Below are positions 1 to 12,319 of a stretch of DNA of 64,000 bases, piece by piece (within the stretch, counting starts at the first letter, position 1; every line of letters begins with the position of its first letter). The position numbers and the translations under genes were made by a program. The stretch spans positions 36,580,001-36,644,000 of the forward strand of contig OX597840.1 of NCBI GenBank assembly GCA_951406725.2, written 5' to 3'. The stretch comes from Octopus vulgaris. Lineage: Eukaryota. Below the pieces are notes generated by a model that was given only the letters and a program-made list of their open reading frames with translations, ran no database searches and was not told where the DNA came from.

Positions 1-644
1 CTCTCTCTTGGCAGCCTCATTTAGCACAAGTGAATCATCATCCATGTGGACACATTTCTCTCCTATATGTGTGTGTGTATATATATATGCATGTATCTTC
101 AGATATGTTGCATCTATTGACATATATATGTGACACATAATCGTTAGTCCAGTGTCACAGCCCTAATTGAACAGTCGACATCATCCGATGTGCCCTTCTC
201 TTGTTTGGGACAGGGAGTTGCAATTTCACAGGGAAATTAGCTGCTGTTTTTAGCACGTCGACCGAGCAACACCATTAGAGACTGGCATTGACTTGTGAAC
301 AAACATATGTATAGCGCGTGTGGGTGTGTATGTGGATGAGAGAGAGAGGAGGAGGAGGAGGAGCAACAGAAGACGGAGGCGGGGGTAAAGAGGGATATAT
401 ATGAACAACAGTGGTTTTATGTGGATTATCTTATCTTGTAATACATAATCTCCAATACAACCAACACATTTGCTGGCACATGTCTGTGTACTTTAACACG
501 TGGAAGATTTAGAAGTGTGTGCGTCCAAGTACGTTCTTAAAAGCTCCTGATTTAATTCAGTGTTTACACAACGTCTGTCTCTCGACGTCGAACGGACAGA
601 CATTTGCTTCTCAATTAAATCACACAAAGAAGTGCGCACGCGAA

Positions 645-715
<71 letters not shown>

Positions 716-1090
716 ATATATATATGAGTGTATTATACGCATACACATTTAATCACTTGAACGACACCCGCAAATTTGGTTCCTGTCACGTCTAAATCAC
801 TTTCCAAAAACTGTTTTTACAACAATTATCATCATTATCAATTATTATCGTCCTTATTATTATTATTATTATTATTATTATTTTGTTGTTTCTGTTGTTG
901 TAGCGAGCAGAAACGAGTGCCTCGACACTCCTTGCAGTCAATTTTGACCTTTTTCACGGAAATTCGACCATGAATGATTAATTTTTCTAATTTTTGTTAA
1001 CACATTGTAATTAGCTGCAATTTTTGTGGTCGAAATAAATGAAGTGGAAATTTCAGCGTGTGACAATGGAAATGATATATGTGTGATTTT

Positions 1091-1348
1091 ATTTGTTTCA
1101 GTTATTTGATTGTGGCCATGCTGGAGCACCGCCTTTTAGTCGAACAAATCGACCCCAGGACTTATTCTTTGTAAGCCTAGTACTTATTCTATCGGTGTCT
1201 TTTGCCGAACCGCTAAGTTACGGGGACGTAAACACACCAACATTTGTTGTCAGGCGATGGTGGTGGTGGGACAAACACACACATTATATATATATATATA
1301 TACACACAAACACAGCAGGCTTCTTTCAGTTTCCGTCTACCAAATCCG
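1091..1348 (-). mobile_element. SINE family A, 3' part
   Basis: Reverse complement of the tail and body of the full copy at 8647-9072 (GGCCATGCTGGAGCACCGCC...GCCGAACCGCTAAGTTACGGGGACGTAAAC...CTTCTTTCAGTTTCCGTCTACCAAATCC). Confidence 0.9.
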
Positions 1349-1363
1349 CAATATATATATCTA

Positions 1364-1434
<71 letters not shown>

Positions 1435-2049
1435 TTAGAAAGAGGGAAGAGTTTGTGTGAGATTCAAATTGATAAGTTTGTAGAAAGATAGAGGAAGACC
1501 GATAAAAATGACAAACAGAAAAATAGTTGGAGAGAGAGTGAGAGGTAGAGAGAGAGATACAAAAAGCATGAAAGAGAGAGAGAGGGCGTACAAGGATATA
1601 TAAATATACATACATGTCATGCTCAAGACATCGGTACCATGTAAATGACGGATATATAAATACAGAGAGATAAGAGAGGGGAGTGGAGGGACACATTCCG
1701 AGAGAGAGACAGACAGAGAGGGAGAGAGATAGATAGAGAGACAGAGAGAGAGAGAGAAAGAGGTAGAAAAATGTGTACAGACACCCTCCCATCACATTTG
1801 TAAAGACTTATTGGAGAAAAAGAGAGAGAGAGAGGGGGGAGAGAAGGAAGAAAGAAAACCCTCATTTCCTATCACACCCAATGTCGTATAAAGAGAGAGA
1901 GAGAGAAGGAGGAGGGAGAGAGAGAGCAGGAGGAGGAGAGAGGGAGGGAGGGAGGGAGGGAGGGACAGAGATAGAGAAAGCTGAAAACCTGTTTTGCGGA
2001 CGTGGAATGTATTTAAGTGTGATTTCGTTAGCATCGCCAACAGTTACTG

Positions 2050-2255
2050 TTATCGTTCAGCCCCAGGCCTAAAACCCTTACTGAACAAACCTACGACCAG
2101 CGACATTCCAGCCGGGACACTCTGGTCCTATTCCTATATTCACAGAACGCAGGGATACATAATTCAATAAATTCTTTTCTAAGGAGGTAGAGTGTGATTT
2201 CAGAGAGACTTGGCTGTTATTTCTAGCTGAAAATGCGACTCTGCAGCGAATCGAA
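2050..2255. mobile_element. Dispersed repeat family D (SINE-like), representative copy
   Basis: Motifs CCCCAGG...CATTCCAGCC...GAGATTTGGCTGCTATTTCTAGC recur, diverged, at about 180-290, 2600-2670, 6230-6620, 7610-8015, 11330-11465, 13130-13330, 17260-17400, 32190-32275, 34150-34215, 39880-39990 and 45800-45960, in both orientations. Confidence 0.7.
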
Positions 2256-2689
2256 ACAATTGTTTGTATGAGAGTGGTGGTGGTGATGGTGGAGGTAATA
2301 GTGACGGTGTGATGGGGTAATGGGGTGTAGAGGTGGCCTAGTGGTCGGGTAGGTGTGGTGGTGACACCCGGTTTGGGTATGATTAGTGCTTGTGGTGGTG
2401 GTAGTAGTACTGGTGGTGCAATTGCGATGGTGGGGGTTGCAGTTGTGCCTTGTTACTTGATCGAAGATGGCGTTTAACATTATTTCCAAAAGTATTTCAA
2501 CAGGCATTTTAAACAACTCTTGAGGAAGTTTTGTCTAATTAATTGCAAGGATAACCTCAGTTAATTCAAGGGTTTCAATTCATCATGTAAGGCCTGACAT
2601 ATGTCGGGTGTCATTGGAAATATGGCTGCTATTTTTAGCAACTTGAACGACCACAAATAGGCTCTCTCGACGGAGGAGCGCAAGGGATG

Positions 2690-3316
2690 AGGGAGCAAGT
2701 GACGGAGGGAAGCAAAGGAGGAGCGGTGAGTGATGGAGGAGAGCAAGGGAACAGCGGTGAGTGACAAAAGCGAGCAAAGGAGCAACGGTGAGTGACAGAA
2801 GAGATCAAGGGAGCAACGGTGAGTGACAGAAGAGATCAAGGGAGCAGCGGTGAGTGATGGAGGAGAGCAAGGAGGCAGCAGTGAATGACAGAGAAGAGCA
2901 AGGGAGCAGCGGTGAGTGACAAAGGCGAGCAAAGGAGCAGCGGTGAGTGACAGAAGAGATCAAGGGAGCAGCTGTGAGTGATGGAGGAGAGCAAGGAGGC
3001 AGCGGTGAGTGATGAAGGAGAGCAAGGGAGCAGCGGTGAGTGACAAAGGCGAGCAAAGGAGCAACGGTGAGTGACAGAAGAGATCAAGGGAGCAACGGTG
3101 AGTGACAGAGGCGAGCAAAGGAGCAGCGGTGAGTGACAGAGGAGAGCAAGGGAGCAGCTGTGAGTGACGGAGGAGAGCAAAGAGGCAGCGGTGAGTGACA
3201 AAGGCGAGCAAAGGAGCAGCAGTGAGTGACAGAGGAGAGCAAGAGAGCAGCGGTGAGTGACAGAGGCGAGCAAAGGAGCAGCGGTGAGTGACAGAAGTGA
3301 AAAAGGGAACAACGGT
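2690..3316. repeat. 31-bp purine-rich minisatellite, about 20 copies
   Basis: Unit GCGGTGAGTGACAGAGGCGAGCAAAGGAGCA repeated head-to-tail with variants. It explains the overlapping repetitive ORFs at 2561-3457. Confidence 0.95.
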
Positions 3317-3828
3317 GGGAGATGCTATCTGCCCGGTAAAACTTGTTGACTTGAAGCGGAGGAAGTTTCGCATTTGGCAGGTTTTGCTTTTTTTGTGAGA
3401 CAAAAGACGAAAGACAGAAGACAGGCCTTTTTTGATGCTTTGCAGACGACCAAACAATTCCAGTTAGATTTGTGTTTAAATGAAGACAGCCTTAAAAAGC
3501 TAACAAGAAATAACAAAATGGTGAAACAGGCAGACAGATGATGTAAGCGAGTTTCATAACATTTAATGCAGGAAGTATTAAAAAAAAGGCAAGGTAGAAA
3601 CCATTGTAATGAGAGAGATATTAGAGTGAATGGCGGTGGTGGTGGTGGTGGTAGGGGCAGCGGGGAGTCAACGGTGCAAGGATCAAATCTCTGCCCTCCT
3701 CCCCGGCCTCTTAACAGTCACAAAGAAGAGTTTAAAGGAGTTCCACGTTGGTCGGATTGATCTCAAAGAATAGCAGAAAATTTTCAAAAAAGTAACGAAT
3801 TTTTAGAAATTAGCTTAGAAAGGACATT

Positions 3829-3893
<65 letters not shown>

Positions 3894-4629
3894 TGTGTGT
3901 GTGATTTTACTTCGCCACAGTCTGGTTAAATGATTAAGAAGTTTGCAGCGTATCAACGACGTTCGGGTTCGATCTTACGGTGTCGCAACTTGTGCAAAAG
4001 TTTATTTATTTATTTATTTATTTTGTAGTTATACATCGTGAGTGAAAATAGGTGGGGGGAAACTGCAGAGAAGCCTATCTGATGGGTTCTAGCCATAATT
4101 CAAAAGGTACAGCTCGATCACGCTGAGTCCTACGGATTCTGCCTGAGAACTCGCGTGTCTGCAGAACATCCCGCCACTCATATGATAATTGGGAGGCAGA
4201 TAATTCAGTTGACCGAAAACTTGAATGCTCATCGTCGAAACCAACGGAGATCCATTCATTTATCCAGTTTACTTTGTTGAAAATTTAAAAAGGATTTAAT
4301 AAAGATCGCCGTTTATTCTTACTTCTAAAAATTACAAGTTGACGCTATGTAACGTGATTGTTTGTAGCCCAAAACTGGCAACCCGTGGAAACCCGTATGG
4401 GTGCGGCCCATTCACTTCGACTTGACCCATTAAACTGTAGTAATAGTAGTAGTAGTAGCAGTAGTAGTTGTTGTTGTTGTCGTCGTCTTTATGTCAGAAT
4501 GTTAGCGGAAACTGTGTGAATGAAAAGGCGGAAAGTATGCAGGAAGATAGGGAGGCAGGGAGGGGGAACTGCGATTGTCCTGAGCAATCTGTGTTGATGA
4601 GATTTACGACTGTCCTCGTTAGCTTAGGT

Positions 4630-4762
4630 ACCACCACCACCACCACCAGTACCACCACCACCATCACCACCAGTACCACCACAATCATCGTCACCACCAC
4701 CAGTACCACCACAATCATCGTCACCACCACCAGTACCACCACAATCATCGTCACCACCACCT
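4630..4762. repeat. (CAC)n-derived 30-bp tandem repeat x3
   Basis: ACCACCACCAGTACCACCACAATCATCGTC repeated three times. Confidence 0.9.
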
Positions 4763-5102
4763 GACTACACTCACGCACAAGGGTATTTAAAATGGAGTCA
4801 TCAAACGAGAATCGAACCCGAATCAGTAGTATCTTATATGCTAATAAATCATCAATATTCTACAGCACATTTACAAATACACACACTTGCTAGAAATGGC
4901 AGTTAAATCTTTGCTAAATCATATACCCTAAAGTCACGGAAAGGGGAACACGAACGGGAAAAACTTCGTCTTGAGCGAGACTGCACTCCGATCCAAATGC
5001 CATTAGGGTTGGCAGGACAGCTAAGATGATGTCGGGTGGCAAACAACCTGTTGATCAAACGCGGTTTCCCAGACTGCCAACGGTACAAACGTATGATCAC
5101 TG

Positions 5103-5596
5103 CGGCCTCAGACTCAACACAGAGCCTGGAGGAGGTAGTGCTACCCTGAGGCAAGAGTGTGGCTGCTGGAAGACCTTATGTCTGGCAACAGGACTCTGTA
5201 CCATGCCACACAAGCAAGGGAACAAGTTATGGCTGTCAGACAATTCCTGCGACCACATCACCCCTAACATCTGGCCACCTAACTCCCCAGACTGGACCCT
5301 ACTTGATTATTATGTGTGGGGCGGAGCTTAGCGAGAGCCCAACAAAACTCCTTGTGACACCAAAGATGAACTGAAGGCAGAGATTATGGTAGCATTCACC
5401 AACTTAAACAAGGAGGCTGCCCAGAAGAGTTGCAGGAAATTCCGAAGTCGTCTGGAGGCCGTGGTTGAAGTGAATGGCGATTTTATTGAATGAATGTATT
5501 CTTTAGTATTTCAAGATATTTTTATGTAATTTTGGTAAATATATCTCTTAAAATTTTGCATAATTTAGACGACAGCTTATTCACCGCAACCCGTAT
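5103..5596 (+). mobile_element. maT (DD37D) Tc1/mariner transposon remnant: C-terminal transposase pseudogene (stop at 5493) plus probable right TIR
   Basis: Frameshifted translation AAGRPYVWQQDSVPCHTS/WLSDNSCDHITPNIWPPNSPDWTLLDYYVWG...TKDELKAEIMVAFTNLNKEAAQKSCRKFRSRLEAVVEVNGDFIE*. D-to-D spacing is 37 after restoring a 1-nt deletion. Ends TTATTCACCGCAACCCGTA. Confidence 0.85.
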
Positions 5597-6743
5597 ACAT
5601 ATCAGAGGCGACTCCAGGTCTTCAGCGTCACTCGAGCTCATCACAGATTTTGCATAAGACGCATGCCTGCTCGAAGAATTTCACGTTTTCCCGCTTTATT
5701 TCTAGCCCTCAAATGGTTTATTTTTCATATCTAGCACTATGTCTTTCTCCATTTCTAAATTCAGAGTAAAATATAAAGCAACCCTGCAAAACCCAGTTGA
5801 TCTTTACACACAAACGGACAGAATAGCAGCAATCAAACAACGACAGCGGAGTGCACAACAAACATCAGCGGAGGAGAGAGAGAGCGAGATGTCTTTGATG
5901 CAAGAAGAGATTGCAGAAGATGGGAGAACCAACTGGTTTAGTGGAGTTTTTCAGCAACACATACGCGACAAGGTTTCAGCATTGAATTACGGGTACAAGC
6001 CATTCAACAGGCTTCCACAGTTTTCATTTATTTAGTTTAATGCACAATGCTTGTGTCGACCCAATATTATGAGAAGAGACCTTGCTTAATCTGTCCCAAC
6101 ATGGAATCGAACGAGCGACTTGAGAGGTGCAAAGCCATAACCACTGCCTTCACCCATCTTTCCAATTATCTTCAATTGGTGTTTAGAAACTACTTCGAAG
6201 AACTGGCCTCATCTGCGGTTAATGAATTTGTTTAACCTCAAATCAGCTTTGATCGAGCGGAGCTTTTGTAAGAAAACGTTCCAGTTGTGCCATCCCATTT
6301 GATATTCAGAGTTATAGGGTATCCAGGATTATATTGTTTTGTGGAGAGTGATTTGAAGGAGGCTTCGCTGTCATTTCTAGCAAGCCGAGCGAGCGTGCAG
6401 AATTCGTTTTTTGTGGCTTGAAAGAAATTGTTTCAAGTCAACCATAAAACCTATGATCAACGCCATTCTAGCCGTGACCAACTCGTCTTTTGTATCAAAT
6501 ATTGTATAATGGAGTCCTAGGTAGACTAGGTGTCCTACCTAGCTTTTGTAAGTTGACTGAGATTTGGCTGGTATTTCTAGGAGTATCGAATGACTACAGA
6601 GAAATTACCCCTCTGTTTGTCGTTTACCACGTATGTATTTGTGCATTGGATTACAGGTGAATCTGTGTGCGTATAGTGTGCAGTAGATTACCATATATAT
6701 ATATATATATATATATAATGTTATAGACACACTCGTATATGTA

Positions 6744-6931
6744 TACGTATTGTGAAAAGTTCCTGGTTTTGGGTAAAAGAAAATACAGGAGGATCAGTCA
6801 ATTCACACACTTATTGCAGAAGTCCTTCTGTTTCCCTAAGCCCTGTAAAAGAACTTGAAAGGTTGGGTCTCCAGCCAAGCCTTTCGCGACACCCTTAAAG
6901 CCAAGGACTTTTCAGCACCACCCCACTGGTA
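6744..6931. mobile_element. mariner-type MITE
   Basis: Imperfect TIRs TGAAAAGTTCCTGGTTTT ... AAAGCCAAGGACTTTTCAGCA, TA-flanked, non-coding interior. Confidence 0.7.
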
Positions 6932-8260
6932 CATACACACTCACGGAGTTTTATCATGGCTACCGAATAATTGTCACATATTACATTTACAGATAAATTC
7001 CTCTATTTACATAATATCCGACTCTATTTTATCGACCCCGAAAGGTAAAGTCAACCCTAACTAGATTTGATCTCGGATGATAGAGATAAATTAACCACGA
7101 CCAGTCACCACCAATCCTGCCAGTCCACTGCCCTTCGTTGCTGCTTTTTATAAATAAGATGGCTTTGAACGATTTCTTATATTTCGAATAATGATTTATT
7201 ATTAAACGAGGCCAGCTATGTCAACGCAAGAACAAGAAATCAATCAAATCGATTACAATATTTCACTGGTACTTACTTTATCGATCTTGGAATGATAGAA
7301 GGTAAACAAACGATGATTTTTTTTCCATTGACCACAAAGACAGTTGTTGAGGACAAGACTAATGTGAAGTATAGGGGACGGAGTAAAAAGAAAAGATCGA
7401 TAACAAATAGAATGGTTCTGATTTTAGCCCAAGGTCAGCCATTTTGAGGGGAGGGGCAAATCAATTACATCGTTTCTAATATTTAACTGGTATTTTATCG
7501 ATTCGGAATGGATGAAAGGCAAAGTCGACCTCAACTGAATGATAAATTGGGGGAATTCGAGTCACCCCATATCCAAGTCTAGATTACCTGACACAGGACT
7601 GAGTTTAACTTTTACCTGGTCGTTCGACCAGCGAGAAATAGCTGTTAAATCTCCCTTAAATTTCATCCTACTATCTTAAAAAGGAAAGGCATATAGGATA
7701 CCATATTTGAATAAGACGAGGTGGCTCCGGTTGGAAAGTTCGATTATAGGTCTCCTCTGCCAATGTCCATCAGCAATAGCAGGGTTACTTAAGGGCCTTC
7801 ATCACCTTACAGTCACAACAACTGCGTCAATCTCCAGATTCTACATGGTCGCTCAACCTGCTAAAAATAACAGCCAAATCGAATCACATTTTACCGTCTT
7901 ACAATGGGACATGTTCGATAAAGCGATCTTGGTTTTCTTGTACACTAGAAAAAGACAGGATGGTCACGGTAGGATTGTAAGTCTATTCGATCAATGTTGA
8001 TCTAGGGCGAAACAACATCCGAGAACATGCTAAAAACAGCAGTCAAATGCCCACCCTATATCACACATTATTGATTTATCAACAAAAACCGGAAGGACAT
8101 ATTAGATAATGCCTTTTGGAAGAAAAAACAACAAATGAAATGGTCATGGTTGGAAAGACTGATTATAGAATCTACAATAGCAACATACACTCGGTCGTTA
8201 TGGTGTCCCAGGATAACTTTTAAATTCTTAAACTCAACTTTCGTCTCTGTCTCTCTCAAA

Positions 8261-8605
8261 TGCTTGTCATTTGACTGCGGCCATGCTGGAGCACCGCCTT
8301 AAAGAGTTTTAGTCGAAGAAATCGACCCCAGCACTTATTCTTTGTAAGCCTTATTGCATCAGTGTCTTTTGCCGAACCGCTAATTTACGGGGGACACAAA
8401 CACAGCAGCATCGGTTGTCATGCGATGGCGGGTGAACAAAACACAGACACATAAACATATATACGACGGGCTTCTTTCAGTTTCCGCCTAACCAAATCCA
8501 CTCACAAGGCTTTGGTCGGCCCGAGGCTATAGTTGAAGACACTTGCCCAAGGTAACTTGAAACCATGTGGTTGGGAAGCAAGCTACTTACCACACAGCCA
8601 CGCCA

Positions 8606-8609
<4 letters not shown>
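8261..8609 (-). mobile_element. SINE family A (internally deleted)
   Basis: Reverse-complement match to 8647-9072 from head to tail. Confidence 0.9.
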
Positions 8610-8646
<37 letters not shown>

Positions 8647-8648
<2 letters not shown>

Positions 8649-9072
8649 CGCAGGAGTGGCTGTGTGGTAAGTAGCTTGCTAACCAGCCACTTGGTTCCGG
8701 GTTCAGTCCCACTGCGCGGCATCTTGGGCAAGTGTCTTCTGCTATAGCCCCGGGCCAACCAATGCCTTGTGAGTGGATTTGGTAGACGGAAACTGAAAGA
8801 AGCCTGTCGTATATATGTATATATATGTATGTATGTGTGTGTATATGTTTGTGTGTCTGTGTTTGTCCCTCTAGCATTGCTTGACAACCGATGCTGGTGT
8901 GTTTACGTCCCCCGTCACTTAGCGGTTCGGCAAAAGAGACCGATAGAATAAGTACTGGGCTTACAAAAGAATAAGTCCCGGGGTCAAGTTGCTCGATTAA
9001 AAAAAAGGCGGTGCTCCAGCATGGCCGCAGTCAAATGACTGAAACAAGTAAAAGAGAAAAAGAGAAAAGAGA
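8647..9072 (+). mobile_element. SINE family A, full length (tRNA-derived head, CORE-like domain)
   Basis: Pol III A/B-box-like head (TGGCTGTGTGG...GGTTCAGTCCC), CORE-like CTTGGGCAAGTGTCTT, internal microsatellite, tail GGCGGTGCTCCAGCATGGCCGCAGTCAAATGACTGAAACAAG plus short tandem end. More than 15 related fragments in the window. Confidence 0.92.
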
Positions 9073-9090
9073 ATATATATATATATATAT

Positions 9091-9410
9091 TACTCATTTT
9101 ACTCCTTTACTTGCTTCAGTCATTTGACTGCGGCCATGCTGGAGCACCGCCTTCAGTCGAGCAAATCGGCCCCAAGACTCATTATTTCTATCGGTCTCTT
9201 TAGTCGAACCGCTAAGTTACGGGGACGTAAACACACCAGCATCGGTTGCCAAGCGATGTTTTGGGGGGACAAACACAGACACACAAACATATATATACAC
9301 ACACACACATATATACGAAGGGCTTCTTCCAGGGCCCCAAGCTATTGTAGAAGACACTTGCCCAAGGTGCCATGCAGTAGGAAGAATGAACCTGGAACCA
9401 CCCCTGTGCC
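9091..9410 (-). mobile_element. SINE family A (deleted copy)
   Basis: Reverse-complement match to 8647-9072. Confidence 0.88.
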
Positions 9411-9442
9411 TATATATATAAGTTGAAAAGGAACACACGAGT

Positions 9443-9479
<37 letters not shown>

Positions 9480-9481
<2 letters not shown>

Positions 9482-9810
9482 TAAGGTAGAAAATGCTAAA
9501 ATAATTTTATAAAAAACAATTCAGTACCGGTTTCGGTCATTGAGACTTTTTCAACTGCAAGTATGGAAAACGGTTAAATTTTGGAAAAATTAAAAGAAAA
9601 GTATTTTAAAAGAATATTTGCATAGTATTTAAACGAAAGGGGCATTTTCCTAGTTTCTGCCTGTCTCTCTTGTTTACTCTTGTGGGTTCGAGGTCGTTGT
9701 GAATTCCTGTGACAGAATGAATCTGTAAGGATTTAGAAATGTCATCCGTCTGTTTTACTGTCATCAACGAAAACATCGACAATCGTTTATGAATTTTCAA
9801 TAAAGTCACT
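9480..9810 (-). mobile_element. Probable Penelope pseudo-LTR fragment with degenerate minimal hammerhead (9522-9557)
   Basis: Minus strand reads CAG-TTGAAAA-AGTC-TCAAT-GACC-GAAA-CCGG-TA-CTG, the layout of PLE minimal hammerheads with a palindromic stem III. Inserted next to (TA)n. Confidence 0.5.
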
Positions 9811-10401
9811 GATTAATTAACCTATATTTTATGGGGACATGTGGAGTCTACTTTTGATTTAACTAAACCTTGCTCTATAAACGATTTGTGCAGTTCGAAT
9901 GAGGATGAGTTGGGGGCAGGTCTACAGAGAAATCAGCTGCAATAAATTCATTATTTATTTAATGGCAGCGGCCATTGTGAAAATAAACAAACTCCAGAAT
10001 AAACTGACGGAAAAAATACAATTCTTTCACTTATTTTATTATTATTATTGTGTAATTAGTTTTAATATTAAGGGAACTAAAGTTTAATTACGAAGTGTAT
10101 AAGACTGTGCGTAGAATATGAGAATAACACACACATACACACATTGTATATATATAAAGATATGTATATATATATATGTATGTTTACATATATACATATA
10201 TGTATACATATATATGTATGTATGTATATATATAAATATATATACATATATATGTATGTCTATATATAAATATATATACATATATATGTATGTCTATATA
10301 TAAATATATATACATATATATGTATGTATACATATATATATGTAAATATGTATACATATATATACATATATATATATGTAAATATGTATACATATATATA
10401 C

Positions 10402-10442
<41 letters not shown>

Positions 10443-10480
10443 TAGATGAGTGTTTAAACCTGCGTTAACTCCATTTTTTA

Positions 10481-10525
<45 letters not shown>

Positions 10526-10754
10526 ACACACACAGATATATATATATATATATATATATATGTTATACATATATATGTATACATACATAGATATAAATAT
10601 ATATATGTGTACACACACACACATCTATATGCTAAGAGGGAGAGAGGACAAATCCTGCTTCCCCCGTAAGACACCTCAGAAATGACCGTGCAACGGACAA
10701 TTGCACTTTTGCAGACGAGGGTCTCAGCCGTGGGAAGATGACACTGACCCCTTT

Positions 10755-10769
<15 letters not shown>

Positions 10770-10786
<17 letters not shown>

Positions 10787-10922
10787 CGCGAGCACAACAG
10801 TGTGTATATGACAGTGTATGTGTGTGTAACAGTGTGTGTAAGAAAGTGTGTATATGACTGTATGTGTGTGTGTGTGCAACAGTGTGTATATGACTGTATG
10901 TGTGTGTGTGTGTACATGGCTA

Positions 10923-10954
<32 letters not shown>

Positions 10955-11165
10955 ACTGTGTGTGTATGCAACAGTGTATATGGCTGTGTGTGTACAAGTG
11001 TGTATATGGCTATGTGTGTGTGCAACAGTGTGTATATGATTGTATGTGTGTATATGACTGTGTATGTGTGTGCAACAATGTTTATATGACTGTGTGTGTG
11101 TGTGTGCAACATTGTGTATATGACTGTGTGTGTGTGTAACAAAGTGTGTATATGATTGTGTGACA
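10770..11165. repeat. Minisatellite with an embedded variable (TG)n tract
   Basis: Unit CAACAGTGTGTATATGACTGTA(TG)n repeated about 11 times. Confidence 0.9.
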
Positions 11166-12319
11166 GAAGTATAGCAGAGTGCGCCAGAGAACACGTGTCT
11201 GTGTGACTGTAAATGTGTGTGTGTGCGTGCGTGCGTGTCGATGTGTAAGTGTGTGCGCTTGTGACAGTACAATGTGTGTTAGTGTGTGTGTGTATTACAC
11301 CATTGTATGTATGTGGATTTCGGTGATTTTTGTTTAACCCCAGGTCAACATTGAACAGATTGACAATAAGACAGTCAAACTACGACCACCCCATCATTAT
11401 CCAATTTAAAGCAACAGTGTGCTGTATGGTGAGGCAAATTTGGTTGCTATTTCTAGCAGGTAGATGGGTCAGCAGTTTACCATGTCGACCCCAGTAGATG
11501 ACCGGTATTTCATTTCATGGACTCCAGAAGGACGAAGGGCAAAAATCGATCGCCGAGTCATTTGCTAAGGCGCCGTGAATAAACAGCGGCGCTCAACCGA
11601 TTGTCCATCGCTCGGTCCCTGCTGTTGGTCAACAACAACGGTTTTGGGGCAAAACATTGGGAAAAGTTTAAGTAAAATGGCCAAGTATTTAAAAGAACAA
11701 AAAGCTGAGGGGTGGGTGCGCGGGTGGATTCACACAAAGTAAACAACAACAAATTTTTGTTTATTTTATTTGGTTCAAGGTCAGCAATCCGGGGTGTGTG
11801 GCGAGGGTGGGGTGGCCGATTGTCTTTTATCTTTTGCTTGTTTCAGTCATTGGACTGCGGCCAAACTGGGGCATAACTTTTGAAGAATGAATCGACCTAA
11901 GGACTTTTTTTTTTACTTAAGCCCGGTACTTTATCTTTTGGGCTCTTTTTGTGCCAAAACGGGAGACGTTACACCCAGAGACACCGGTTGCCAAGCGGTG
12001 GGGTGGGGGGGAGTGAACAGTCCCGAAGACACCAGATATATATATATATATATATATGTGTATATATGTATATACAAAACTTAAACTGAGGCACCGTGCT
12101 AGTCCGGTATAATCTGCAGACCCCAACAACATTAAATGAATATTGAATATCAAAACTCCGAGTGGGAGTATTTGTACGGCCGTAGGAATTGACACCTGTA
12201 CATCGTTGTTACTTATACACACACACACACACATATATATATACATACACACACATTATATACATACACACACCCACACACATATATATATACACACACG
12301 CATACATACATACACACAC

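Noticed and set aside
2690-3316. CRISPR-like array
   Set aside because: Units are contiguous with no unique spacers, there are no cas genes, and the context is eukaryotic.
8647-8720. tRNA genes (also 22560-22612, 24670-24755, 43536-43590)
   Set aside because: A/B-box-like heads continue into SINE bodies and I could not build complete cloverleafs.
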